A stretch of DNA of 64,000 nucleotides from NCBI GenBank assembly GCA_963700285.1, contig CAVOXA010000006.1:64001-128000 (forward strand), given 5' to 3'. The notes below the pieces were generated by a model. The model was not told the origin of the DNA and did not search any database. It saw nothing but the letters and a program-made list of their open reading frames with translations. This document shows, in pieces, positions 29,075 through 37,894 of this stretch; within the stretch, counting starts at the first letter, position 1, and each line of letters opens with the position of its first letter. The stretch is from an uncultured Chloroflexia bacterium (GTDB taxonomy: Bacteria; Chloroflexota; Anaerolineae; JAAYZQ01). The translations under genes and the position numbers were made by a program.

Positions 29075-31944
29075 AGAATTCGAAGGACCCTCGTTCGGTG
29101 AACGGGATGAGCAGATCTATGACGAGGGATCTCCAGCCTGAAGGCAGAGAGGTCCCGGCCGATGTGGGTGCCGGAGCGCAGGAGGCCGCCGGTACGCCGC
29201 TGGGCTGGCCGGATCTGCTGGCCCTGGCCGCCCTGGCCGCGCTGACCCTCGTTTTCTTTTGGAAGATCGCCCTCACCAACCGGGTGCTGGCAGGCCTGGA
29301 TGTTTTTTCCTATTTCTATCCCTACCGGGATTTTGCCAGCGAGGCGCTGCGCGCCGGGCGCCTGCCCCTGTGGAACCCCTACCTGTTCATGGGCGCGCCC
29401 CTGCTGGCCAATTCACAGGCGGCGGTCCTTTATCCCTTGCACTGGCCGCTGGTCTGGCTGTCGACCCCCAAGCAGGTCTCCTGGAGCATCGTCCTCCACC
29501 TCTGGCTGGCGGGAGCAGGGACCTATCTCTTTGCCCGGCTGGCCCTGCGGCTGCGCCCCCTGGCGGCCTTTGTGGGGGGCGCCATCTTTGCCCTGGGCGG
29601 CTTTCTCGGAGCCCAGGTAGAACACCTGAACCAGCTCAACGCTTCGGCCTGGCTGCCCTGGCTGTTGCTCTGCCTGGAGGGCGCCATGGGCCAGGGGTCG
29701 CGCAGGTGGCTGGCCCTGCTGGGCGGTGGGGCTGTGGCCGGGCTGGCGCTGCTGGCCGGCCATACGCAGGCGGCCTATATCGTATTCTTTGGGGCGGCGG
29801 TTTACGCCCTCCTCAGGGGCTGGTGGGGCCCCTCCGGCTCGCGCTGGCGCGGAGCGCTGTGGGGCATCGGCGCCCTGGCTCTCATGGTCGTGGGGGGTGC
29901 GGCCCTGGCCGCCGGGCAACTGCTGCCCACGCTGGAGCTGTCGAGGCTGTCGGTCCGCAGCGGCGGATTGCCCTACAACGAAGCCGCATCCTTCTCCCTG
30001 AAACCGTCATTGGTGTTCAAAGCCTTTCTGCCCCCTTTTCTGTGGGAGCCACCGTTCAGCGAGTTCGTGGCCTACGTGGGGCTGGCCGGCCTGGCGCTGG
30101 CGGGCGCCGGCGCATGGGCAGTGCTGAAGCAAAAGGCGCCCGCAACCAGCCAGGGAGGCACCCTGGCCCAGAGCCGGGCCCTGCTGGTGCTGGGCCTGCT
30201 GGGCATTTTTCTGGCCTTTGGCGCCTACAATCCCGTCTACTACCTGCTGTACAAGATCGTACCCGGTTTTGACCTTTTTCGCGCCCCGGCCCGCTGGCTG
30301 CTGCTCTACGGCTTCAGTGCAGCAGGTCTGGCCGGCGTGGGGCTGGAAGCGATTGGCAGGTTGGCTGGCCGCGGAAAACAAGCCCCTGATCCCGACCAGG
30401 GCACGGCCGCCCAGGGGGCCAAGGCCGGGCCCGGCGCGTGGCAAGCGGCCATCGCCCTGCTGGTGGTTCTCGAGCTGTTTCTGGCAGGGAGGACCCTGGC
30501 CTACAACCAGCCCACGGCCCCGGCGGCCTTTGACTCGCTGAGGACTGCGCCAGCCCATCTGCTGGCCAGACAGGCGGCGACCCCGGCAGAGCCGTTCCGC
30601 TTTCTGAGCCTGTCGGACATTGGCTACGACCCGGGCGATCAGGCAGACCTGCAGGCCATGTACAGCTCAGAGCTGCCCGAAGAAGCGGTCTATGACCTCA
30701 TCGTGGCCACCAAAATGAAAGAGGTGCTCGCCTTCAACCTGCCGCTGCGCTACCGGCTGTCCAGCGTGGATGGCTACGATGGCGGGCTGCTGCCCATCGG
30801 GCGGTACCTCAACCTGGAACGGCTTTTCCTGCCGGAAGATGAGATCTGGCCCGACGGGCGGCTGCGCCAGCAGCTGCGGGCCATACCGCCGGCCCGATTG
30901 CTGTCCCTGCTCAACGTGGCATACGTCATCACCGACAAGACCCAAGACGTGTGGATCGATGACGTGTTCTATGATCTGCAGAACACAGTGCCCCTGGGCC
31001 AGGTCACTCTGACCGATTTGCCCGCCTTCGAAAGCACCCACCTGGGCATCGTTTCCTATCTCTCCGAATCCGCGGATCTGCCCGATGGAACGCCGGTGGC
31101 CAGGGTTATCGTCACCGACACACTGGGCAGCCAGGTCGTTCTTACCGTGCGCGCAGGAGAACACACGTCGGAAGGGCGGTACACGGCCCAGCCAGTAAGC
31201 CACCGGCAGGCTCGCATCGGCCACCCCTGGCGGGACAATGCCCAGGGAAACGACTATGCAAGCATGTTTGAGCTGGGCGAGCCCCTCCAGCCGGTCGCCA
31301 TCTCGGTGGAATCGCTCCTGCCCGGCCAGCGGGTACATCTGCGGGGCATCAGCCTCGTAGACGAGGGCAGCGGCACCAGCCGCAGCCTGTCTGTGGATCC
31401 CGCCTACCGGCTGGCCCACTCCGGAGACGTCAAGGTCTACGAACACCTGGGCGCGCTGCCCCGGGCTTTTGTCGTCTACCGCGCCCGAGTGGTTGAGGAT
31501 GACGAGGCAGCCCTGGCGATCCTGCGCGACCCGGCCTTTGAGCCGTCCAAGGAGGTGGTCCTGGCCGGCGGCGAGGCCCTGGTGGCTGCCACGGGACAGC
31601 CAGAGGCTGAGATCGATATACTTTCCTATGAACCCGAGGAGATCCAGCTCAAGGCGCACCTGGAGGCTCCCGGCTACCTGGTACTGACCGACACCTTCTA
31701 CCCGGGTTGGGCGGCCACCGTGGATGGCCAGCCTGCGCCCATCCGGCGCGCCAACCTCTATTTCCGCGCGGTTCCTCTGGAGGCTGGAGATCACCAGGTT
31801 GGCTTCCACTACAGGCCAGCCAGCGTCCGGCTGGGAGTGGGTATAGCGATTCTGGCCTGGATCGCCTGGCTGGCCGCGGCCGTTGCCCTGGCGGCTGCAA
31901 CCAGTGCGAGCCGTACTGGACGAAAAAAGATAACTGAGGTATAA
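29071..31944 (+). CDS. YfhO-family membrane glycosyltransferase
   Basis: D...YFYP, G.LPLWNPY.F.GAP.LAN.Q...LYP, FR.PARW, LPRAF, LVLTDTFYPGW.ATVDG, FRAV.L.AG.H.V...YRP; ATGA overlap with the upstream gene. Confidence 0.9.
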   Translation: MKNSKDPRSVNGMSRSMTRDLQPEGREVPADVGAGAQEAAGTPLGWPDLLALAALAALTLVFFWKIALTNRVLAGLDVFSYFYPYRDFASEALRAGRLPLWNPYLFMGAPLLANSQAAVLYPLHWPLVWLSTPKQVSWSIVLHLWLAGAGTYLFARLALRLRPLAAFVGGAIFALGGFLGAQVEHLNQLNASAWLPWLLLCLEGAMGQGSRRWLALLGGGAVAGLALLAGHTQAAYIVFFGAAVYALLRGWWGPSGSRWRGALWGIGALALMVVGGAALAAGQLLPTLELSRLSVRSGGLPYNEAASFSLKPSLVFKAFLPPFLWEPPFSEFVAYVGLAGLALAGAGAWAVLKQKAPATSQGGTLAQSRALLVLGLLGIFLAFGAYNPVYYLLYKIVPGFDLFRAPARWLLLYGFSAAGLAGVGLEAIGRLAGRGKQAPDPDQGTAAQGAKAGPGAWQAAIALLVVLELFLAGRTLAYNQPTAPAAFDSLRTAPAHLLARQAATPAEPFRFLSLSDIGYDPGDQADLQAMYSSELPEEAVYDLIVATKMKEVLAFNLPLRYRLSSVDGYDGGLLPIGRYLNLERLFLPEDEIWPDGRLRQQLRAIPPARLLSLLNVAYVITDKTQDVWIDDVFYDLQNTVPLGQVTLTDLPAFESTHLGIVSYLSESADLPDGTPVARVIVTDTLGSQVVLTVRAGEHTSEGRYTAQPVSHRQARIGHPWRDNAQGNDYASMFELGEPLQPVAISVESLLPGQRVHLRGISLVDEGSGTSRSLSVDPAYRLAHSGDVKVYEHLGALPRAFVVYRARVVEDDEAALAILRDPAFEPSKEVVLAGGEALVAATGQPEAEIDILSYEPEEIQLKAHLEAPGYLVLTDTFYPGWAATVDGQPAPIRRANLYFRAVPLEAGDHQVGFHYRPASVRLGVGIAILAWIAWLAAAVALAAATSASRTGRKKITEV

Positions 31945-32069
31945 TAGAATTGTCGGCTCTACCCGGCCAGTTAGCGAGCAAATCTCGGCATGATGTCATA
32001 GCTGGCAACTGGAACCACTTGAATCAAAGTGTTCTGAAACGAAGGAGCAAATCACAAGGAGGTTGTCCC

Positions 32070-32627
32070 GTGAACGTAATCAATCGACTACTTATTGTTC
32101 TGCTGCTGCTGGCCATCATTCTTCTGGCAGCCATCATCGTCATCGCGCCGAAGCAAACTGTCGATCTGGGAAGCATGGCTTTCGACGGAATGGGAAGCTG
32201 GATCGACCTGTGGCAGACCCCGAAATACTGGCCGCTCTTTGCCAGCGGCCGGGTCGTGATTGGCGGCGCGCTTGTGCTCTTGTGTCTCCTCCTCCTGTGG
32301 TTGGAGCTGCGGAAGCCAAAAAAGAAAACCATCCGCGTCCAGCAGGTTGCCGGTGGAGATGCGAGTATCTCGGTCGAGTCCATCGGCCAGCGCCTGGCCT
32401 ACAACCTCGACCAGTTGCCTGACGTCATCAAGGTCTCGCCCCGTATTACCGGCCGGTCTCGCGGGGTGGATGTGGAGTTGGTTCTGGAGACATCGCCCGA
32501 TGTCGATGTCCCCATGAAGACGGAAGAGGTGCTTCAGGTCACTCGGGAGGTTGTTGAGGACCGCATGGGGCTCAAGCTGGGCAAGGTTGAGGTCAAGATC
32601 AAACACGCGCCCTACCCCAAAGAGTAG
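32070..32627 (+). CDS. Alkaline shock response membrane anchor AmaP-like protein (Asp23-like C-domain)
   Basis: N-terminal NR.L followed by two TM helices and a soluble Asp23-like domain; AAGGAGG RBS with GTG start. Confidence 0.65.
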   Translation: MNVINRLLIVLLLLAIILLAAIIVIAPKQTVDLGSMAFDGMGSWIDLWQTPKYWPLFASGRVVIGGALVLLCLLLLWLELRKPKKKTIRVQQVAGGDASISVESIGQRLAYNLDQLPDVIKVSPRITGRSRGVDVELVLETSPDVDVPMKTEEVLQVTREVVEDRMGLKLGKVEVKIKHAPYPKE

Positions 32628-32711
32628 AGCGCGGCCACCTGGGACCTCGGGGGCTGTGAGGGGCACTGGGCTCTCACTCGGCTCCCGAGGTTGTGTGTCA
32701 GGGTATCGCGG

Positions 32712-33275
32712 CTATTGGCGCGTCCCCTGGACGATGGCCTCACCTTCCAGGATCTCCAGCGCAGTGACATCGACGCCCAGTTGGAGTTCGTCGACAGTCT
32801 GGCTGATACTCTGCGACAGCGTTTCCAGAGCACCGGCAGGAATGGGAACAGCGCCGGCTGTAACCTCCTCGATCTCGACGATGACCCTGCCGTCCTCGAC
32901 GCGTGCCGAGGCAACCACGAAAAAATCAGACTCGATGGGTAGGACATTGACTACGCGGCCTGACCCATAGATCTTGCCTTTCGTGAACCAAACTTGAGGC
33001 TCGCTGACAGGAGGCTCATCGTACTCGGCCAGCTTTGCGGCCAGCAAGGAAGTGACTTCGGCATCGGTCACGCGCAGGATGAATTCCTGCCCGCGTGCCC
33101 CACGCAGATTCTGGCCAAGGCGGGACTCGAGTTGCCCAGCGGACTCGGTCGACACAACGATAGGATGTGGCGGCGTTGGCGCAGTCTTGGACAATAGGTC
33201 ACACGGACCACAGGCCAGGCTCAGTAACACCAGCATGGGTACCATCAGGCGAACCACTAGGGGCCGCTTTTGCAT
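32712..33275 (-). CDS. Putative lipoprotein (LmeA/DUF2140-like fold possible)
   Basis: Basic N-terminus, hydrophobic stretch and LSLAC lipobox. Confidence 0.6.
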   Translation of the reverse strand: MQKRPLVVRLMVPMLVLLSLACGPCDLLSKTAPTPPHPIVVSTESAGQLESRLGQNLRGARGQEFILRVTDAEVTSLLAAKLAEYDEPPVSEPQVWFTKGKIYGSGRVVNVLPIESDFFVVASARVEDGRVIVEIEEVTAGAVPIPAGALETLSQSISQTVDELQLGVDVTALEILEGEAIVQGTRQ

Positions 33276-33421
33276 CTCGATCTGACCTCCCGGGAACTCT
33301 CATGCCGGCCTCAGTCGCGATTTTGACAGCGTGACACTCGGACTGTTGGGCCAGCGACCAGCGATTGGGATCTGTACGTCCGATTGTAACACAATATCTG
33401 GAGACGAGCGAATCTTGCGCA

Positions 33422-34081
33422 ATGGAAGGTGAAACAAGCGCCCAGCACGATGCAGGCCAAAACTTGAGTACAAACGCGGCCCGCGGGCTTGATCAGCCTG
33501 GCGGCCAGCTTGCGACCAGGCAAGGCGACATGGACAGCGTCCCTCCCAAGCTGTCCTCTTTGCCCGTCAAAGCCATGGTTGAAAGCCTGCTTTTTGTGGC
33601 CGACGAACCGGTGCAACCGCACAAGCTCGCCACGATCTTGGACGTGGGTGTGGAAGAGGTGCAGGCTGCCCTGACAGAGCTGGCCCAAGAGTATGAGCAG
33701 CAGCGCGGAATCCGCCTGCAGTTCACCAGGGGCCGGGTCCAGATGGTCACTGCACCCGAGTCCACAGAGATCATACGCCGCTATCTGGGCCTGGAGCTTG
33801 ACGGCAGGTTGTCCCCTGCCGCACTGGAGACCCTGGCCATCGTCGCCTACCGGCAGCCGGTCACACGGGCGCAGGTCGAAGCGATCCGGGGCGTGAATGC
33901 CGATAGCGTGATACGGACCCTGATCAACCGGGGACTCATCGAGGAACTGGGGCGGTTGGACCAGGCGGGCAGGCCGATCATCTATGGCACGAGTTTCGAG
34001 TTCCTCCAGCAATTCGGGCTGGCCAGCCTGGAACAGTTGCCAGCTCTGGATGACTCGGGGGTTCTAGAGGCTGTGACATGA
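33422..34081 (+). CDS. scpB: SMC-Scp complex subunit ScpB
   Basis: ESLLFVA.EP, LS.AALETLAIVAYRQPVTR..VE.IRGV, GRP..YGT..FL..FGL.SL..LP. Confidence 0.95.
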   Translation: MEGETSAQHDAGQNLSTNAARGLDQPGGQLATRQGDMDSVPPKLSSLPVKAMVESLLFVADEPVQPHKLATILDVGVEEVQAALTELAQEYEQQRGIRLQFTRGRVQMVTAPESTEIIRRYLGLELDGRLSPAALETLAIVAYRQPVTRAQVEAIRGVNADSVIRTLINRGLIEELGRLDQAGRPIIYGTSFEFLQQFGLASLEQLPALDDSGVLEAVT

Positions 34082-34169
34082 CCATTCCGCATACAGGCTC
34101 TGACCCCGCGCCCACCAGATCCCGGGCGCTCAGCGGAGAGATGGCGCATGCTCCAGCGGCAAGAGTCCC

Positions 34170-34301
34170 ATGAAAGCGCTGATTGACGCGTTCAGGCGTT
34201 TCTCCTGGCAGAAGAAGGTTGTGACGGCAGCCTTGGTCCTGCTTATCGTCCTAACCTGGCTGGCCGTCTGTCTTGTCCTAACCGGCGCCCTGGCCCCCTA
34301 G
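34170..34301 (+). CDS. Small single-pass membrane protein (43 aa)
   Basis: MKALIDAFRRFSWQKKVVTAALVLLIVLTWLAVCLVLTGALAP*; below the ORF-track cutoff; basic N-terminus then a clean TM helix. Confidence 0.55.
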   Translation: MKALIDAFRRFSWQKKVVTAALVLLIVLTWLAVCLVLTGALAP

Positions 34302-34306
34302 CCAAG

Positions 34307-34356
34307 AAAAAACGACCGGATCCCTCCCGGTCGCCCGACCGGAGCCTTCCCGGTCG
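34307..34356 (-). terminator. Tandem hairpin terminator
   Basis: Two CGACCGG-N7-CCGGTCG hairpins followed by T6 on the minus strand, between convergent genes. Confidence 0.7.
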
Positions 34357-34404
34357 TCCTTGCTCGGCGCGTTGTTTCCTCAGACCTGCTCACGGTCTAG
34401 TTGG

Positions 34405-34833
34405 CTAGCCCTTGTCAGCCTGCACCGGCTTGATGCCGTCGTATATGCGTAAACCGCCAATGGTCCGCAGGATCGTCGCTGCCGGCTTTCCCAACCGGGT
34501 TTCGAGATCCTTGGACGACAGTGGCTCGTTGCCATTGGCCAGAAATGTGCGAAACACAGCGGTCGACAAGGGCGTCGACTCGGTTATGTATTCCGGCTTC
34601 TTGCTGCAGCAGGTCCGCAGCGAATGCCACAGTCCATCTACACGGGTGACTTCGGCCGTCTCAGCATCGATCCAGTCTACAAGCTCGGCCGACTGATAGC
34701 TTTTGTAGCGGTCCTGACACTCTTCGCAGAGATGCGTTAGCAAGTGAACGCGAAAGTTGCGCTCAGTCTCTTCCCACCAATCAAAATCAATATGGAACTT
34801 GGTATCAACGGTCGGTCTTACCCACTTGGCCAT
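34405..34833 (-). CDS. Conserved hypothetical protein with Cys/His cluster and C-terminal HTH-like segment
   Basis: TKFHIDFDWW, HLCEEC, TCCS, VFR.FLANGN.PLS..L...LGKPA.TILRT. Confidence 0.75.
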   Translation of the reverse strand: MAKWVRPTVDTKFHIDFDWWEETERNFRVHLLTHLCEECQDRYKSYQSAELVDWIDAETAEVTRVDGLWHSLRTCCSKKPEYITESTPLSTAVFRTFLANGNEPLSSKDLETRLGKPAATILRTIGGLRIYDGIKPVQADKG

Positions 34834-34868
34834 AGGTGACTCTCACATTCGTTCTCGTCTCGTCAATA

Positions 34869-36473
34869 TTAGGGTATCAATGCCGGGTCGAAGGTCCAGT
34901 AGCCGCCGCCCATTGAAACGAACTCTGCCCGCTTGGACAAAAGCGCAAAAACGGGACCGGGCGCTACGCGCTTGAGCACATTCACAGCACTGTAGATGGT
35001 CTTGGCGTGTACCGTACCCTGGGGGCTGAGCTTGATGAGCGAGGGCATGATTTGGGTCATGATCTCCAACGGGCTGTCGCCCCGGGCCCTGGTCTCGGAC
35101 CAGATCTTGTCGATGGCAACCGGGTTGTCCTCGGCGATGGCCAGTCGCTCGTCAAAGTCGCAGGAGATGGGCAGCTTGCGCATCTGGAACAGAATCGCGT
35201 TGCCCTCTGCCCTGACCAGTGGGATCCATGTGGGCTGCAACCGCTGCCGCTCATAGTCCACGGTGATGACCCGGGGATCCCGGGTCCGTTCGAGCTTGAT
35301 GCGGGCGCCCACTGGAAGCTTGTTGTCTGAATACCACTTTTCGAGCCCGTAGACAAAGGATGCCGCATGGACGATCCAGCCCTGCATCTTGGCTCCAGTC
35401 TGGCCATCCAAGAGCACAATGGGAGTATGGTGGCGGGTCGCCTGCGGGAAAAGTGCCCGGGTCCGGAGGGTCAAAGGCAAGGTGCCACAGCGTCGATGGG
35501 GATATGTCAAGGCAATGGTCGTGTGGTAGATCCGCCGCCCTTCGCCCCACACCTCCCTGCCGCTACCCTCATCGTCGATATCCTGTTCAATCTCCAGGAG
35601 TTCGGGCGAGATATCATTGCGATTGTAAGCGACCCTGCTCAGAGCCAGCCTTGCAGGCGGCTCCACGACAGGATGGGGAATGAGGCGCCGCAGATACCAG
35701 ATGTCCCGGCCGCTATCGCCGATGTTATCAAAACGTTCGTCGCCTTCCAGGGCGTAATTCAGCGAGAGGATCTGCACGACCTCAGGAATCTCGGCAGGCA
35801 GGCCCAGGTCGGTGAGGAACTCGGCCGGCTGCATCGGCCTGCCTTGCACTTCGATCAAAGCCTCGGCAATGTGCAGGTGTCCGGTCTGAATGGATGCCAG
35901 CAGCTCTCGGAGGAACCAGTCCTCCTTGTACAGCACAAACTCTTTGTGCGCCGTCAGAACTTCTGCCATTTCATCTTTGACAATGTCCCCATAGGCATCA
36001 TACAGCTCGGCCAGTCCCTGAAGCTCGCCCGCTGCCAGCAAGTCCTCTTTGCCAGCCACCTGGTCCAGGGCATGCGGGCCTATGAGCCCAGATGCGAATT
36101 CGCGGGTCTCCACGCTCCCGCCAGCATCCTCGTGTAATTCCACTTGTATCACAGTGAAATCACCATATTCAGGGTTGCGGCCTGGACGGGAACCTTTTAC
36201 GGTTCCCCGGGCAAAGTCAAGCGCGGGAAAGATCAGCTCCTCGCCCTCCTGGTATTCTTCCCTAGGTCGATACAGCTGGCCTTCGCTCAGCCCGGCCCGG
36301 ATGCTCTCTTCCTCCTGGCGGCAGAGGCGCTCAATTTCCAGACGGGCCAACTCTTCTGAGGAAACCGGCCGCCCCAGATCCAGGATCTGATCATGTATCC
36401 GGCCCACGTCATTGGCGCCGAACTCGTATTCGTCTTCCCAGTAGGCTGCAGTCTGTGTTCTGCGTTGGATCAC
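34869..36473 (-). CDS. Conserved hypothetical protein (multi-domain, possible winged-helix repeats)
   Basis: Long ORF; GTG start after an AAGGAG RBS; upstream promoter. Confidence 0.8.
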   Translation of the reverse strand: MIQRRTQTAAYWEDEYEFGANDVGRIHDQILDLGRPVSSEELARLEIERLCRQEEESIRAGLSEGQLYRPREEYQEGEELIFPALDFARGTVKGSRPGRNPEYGDFTVIQVELHEDAGGSVETREFASGLIGPHALDQVAGKEDLLAAGELQGLAELYDAYGDIVKDEMAEVLTAHKEFVLYKEDWFLRELLASIQTGHLHIAEALIEVQGRPMQPAEFLTDLGLPAEIPEVVQILSLNYALEGDERFDNIGDSGRDIWYLRRLIPHPVVEPPARLALSRVAYNRNDISPELLEIEQDIDDEGSGREVWGEGRRIYHTTIALTYPHRRCGTLPLTLRTRALFPQATRHHTPIVLLDGQTGAKMQGWIVHAASFVYGLEKWYSDNKLPVGARIKLERTRDPRVITVDYERQRLQPTWIPLVRAEGNAILFQMRKLPISCDFDERLAIAEDNPVAIDKIWSETRARGDSPLEIMTQIMPSLIKLSPQGTVHAKTIYSAVNVLKRVAPGPVFALLSKRAEFVSMGGGYWTFDPALIP

Positions 36474-36528
36474 GGGGCTCTCCTTCTGAGGGCCGCCTTC
36501 CGGCATGGCCCATTCGCAAACGAGTGCT

Positions 36529-36557
36529 ATTATACCAGGTTTCACAGGCATTGACAA
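36529..36557 (-). promoter_or_regulatory. sigma70 promoter for the 36473-34405 gene pair
   Basis: Minus strand TTGTCA-N17-TATAAT with TG extension. Confidence 0.7.
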
Positions 36558-36677
36558 CTGGCTGTGCGCGCGCGGCAGTTCATTGCTTTCCAGAGCGCCT
36601 TGTGGTATACTGTGGCCAACATAGAAACGGTCGCTGGCAGCGACCGTTAGCAGCGGCGGCTGCTATGGGAGGCAACC

Positions 36678-37166
36678 TTGGGTCAATTACTCGTCAGCCT
36701 GTCTCAACTGGCGATAGCGCTCATCTTGAGCGCCATCTCCGCCTACCTGACTTTTTTCCTGTTCCAACTGTTCACCCGGGACCTCGATGAGTGGGAGGCC
36801 CTGCGCCAGGGGAATGCGGCGGTGGGCCTCGTCCTGGGGGCCATGCTGATCTCGGTGGCCATCGTCCTGCGACCGGCCATTGTCGTCGGTGCTTCCGTTT
36901 GGGATGTGGGCCGGGACTTTTTTTTCCGCGTCCTGCTGGCCCAGGCTCTGCAATTGGTGGTTGGCATGATCCTGGCCGTCATCACGCTGACAGTTGGGCT
37001 CTATTTGTTTTCCGCACTCACCAGAGGCATCGATGAGGTGGAAGAGCTCGGAAAGGGAAACCTGGCCATCGCCGGCCTGCTGGCCGGCGTCGTCATCGGT
37101 GTAGGCTTGATGGTAGCCCAGGCGGTGGGCCAGGTCATGGGCTGGGTTGCCTCGCTCGTATTCTGA
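36678..37166 (+). CDS. DUF350-family membrane protein
   Basis: Internal duplication of TR.LDE.E.L..GN.A plus TM hairpin. Confidence 0.85.
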   Translation: MGQLLVSLSQLAIALILSAISAYLTFFLFQLFTRDLDEWEALRQGNAAVGLVLGAMLISVAIVLRPAIVVGASVWDVGRDFFFRVLLAQALQLVVGMILAVITLTVGLYLFSALTRGIDEVEELGKGNLAIAGLLAGVVIGVGLMVAQAVGQVMGWVASLVF

Positions 37167-37179
37167 CGGAGGATTCTCT

Positions 37180-37470
37180 GTGACAGAAGAACCCAAACTG
37201 GTTTGTGTTCAAAAATGCTACGGCATGGATGTCGCCCAGATCTTTAAGGCCAAGCTGGAGGTCATGGATATCCCGGCGCTGCTGGAATATGACAGCGCCG
37301 GCAAGCTCTTTGGCCTGACCATCGATGGTCTGGGTGAAGTGCGGGTGATGGTACCGGAATCCTACGCCGCCGAGGCCGGTGCGCTGCTGTCTGATGCAGA
37401 AATCCCAGATGCGGACGCAACGGAAGACTCTGGGACTACCCTCGACGAAGGCGCTGCTACAGGTTCATAG
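37180..37470 (+). CDS. DUF2007/putative signal-transducing (PII-like) protein
   Basis: A.I.K..LE...IP.L, GLGEVRV.VP...A..A..LL; GGAGG RBS with GTG start. Confidence 0.8.
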   Translation: MTEEPKLVCVQKCYGMDVAQIFKAKLEVMDIPALLEYDSAGKLFGLTIDGLGEVRVMVPESYAAEAGALLSDAEIPDADATEDSGTTLDEGAATGS

Positions 37471-37892
37471 GGCAACGCTTTTGGCACCGTCGAAGCGCGC
37501 TGAAGCGCGCACTACGAACGAAGGCGCTGCTACAGGTTCATAGGGCAACGCTTTTGGCGCCGTCGAAGCGCGCTGAAGCGCGCACTACGAACGAAGGCGC
37601 TGCTACAGGTTCATAGGGCAACGCTTTTGGCGCCGTCGAAGCGCGCTGAAGCGCGCACTACGAACGAAGGCGCTGCTACAGGTTCATAGGGTAACGCTTT
37701 TGGCACCGTCGAAGCGCGCTGAAGCGCGCACTACGAACCAAGGCGCTGCTACAGGTTCATAGGGCAACGCTTTTGGCACCGTCGAAGCGCGCTGAAGCGC
37801 GCACTACGAACGAAGGCGCTGCTACAGGTTCATAGGGCAACGCTTTTGGCACCGTCGAAGCGCGCTGAAGCGCGCACTACGAACCAAGGCGC
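37445..37892 (+). repeat. Tandem repeat, 6 x 73 bp plus partial (3' end of DUF2007 gene plus GTAG-type REP hairpin)
   Basis: Unit starts at 37445, 37518, 37591, 37664, 37737 and 37810; each contains GCGCGCT-GA-AGCGCGC-ACTACGAAC; only a few single-base variants. Confidence 0.97.
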
Positions 37893-37894
37893 GT

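Noticed and set aside
37445-37892. CRISPR array
   Set aside because: The would-be spacers are identical, the unit includes the end of the upstream gene, and no cas genes are nearby; it is a tandem repeat.
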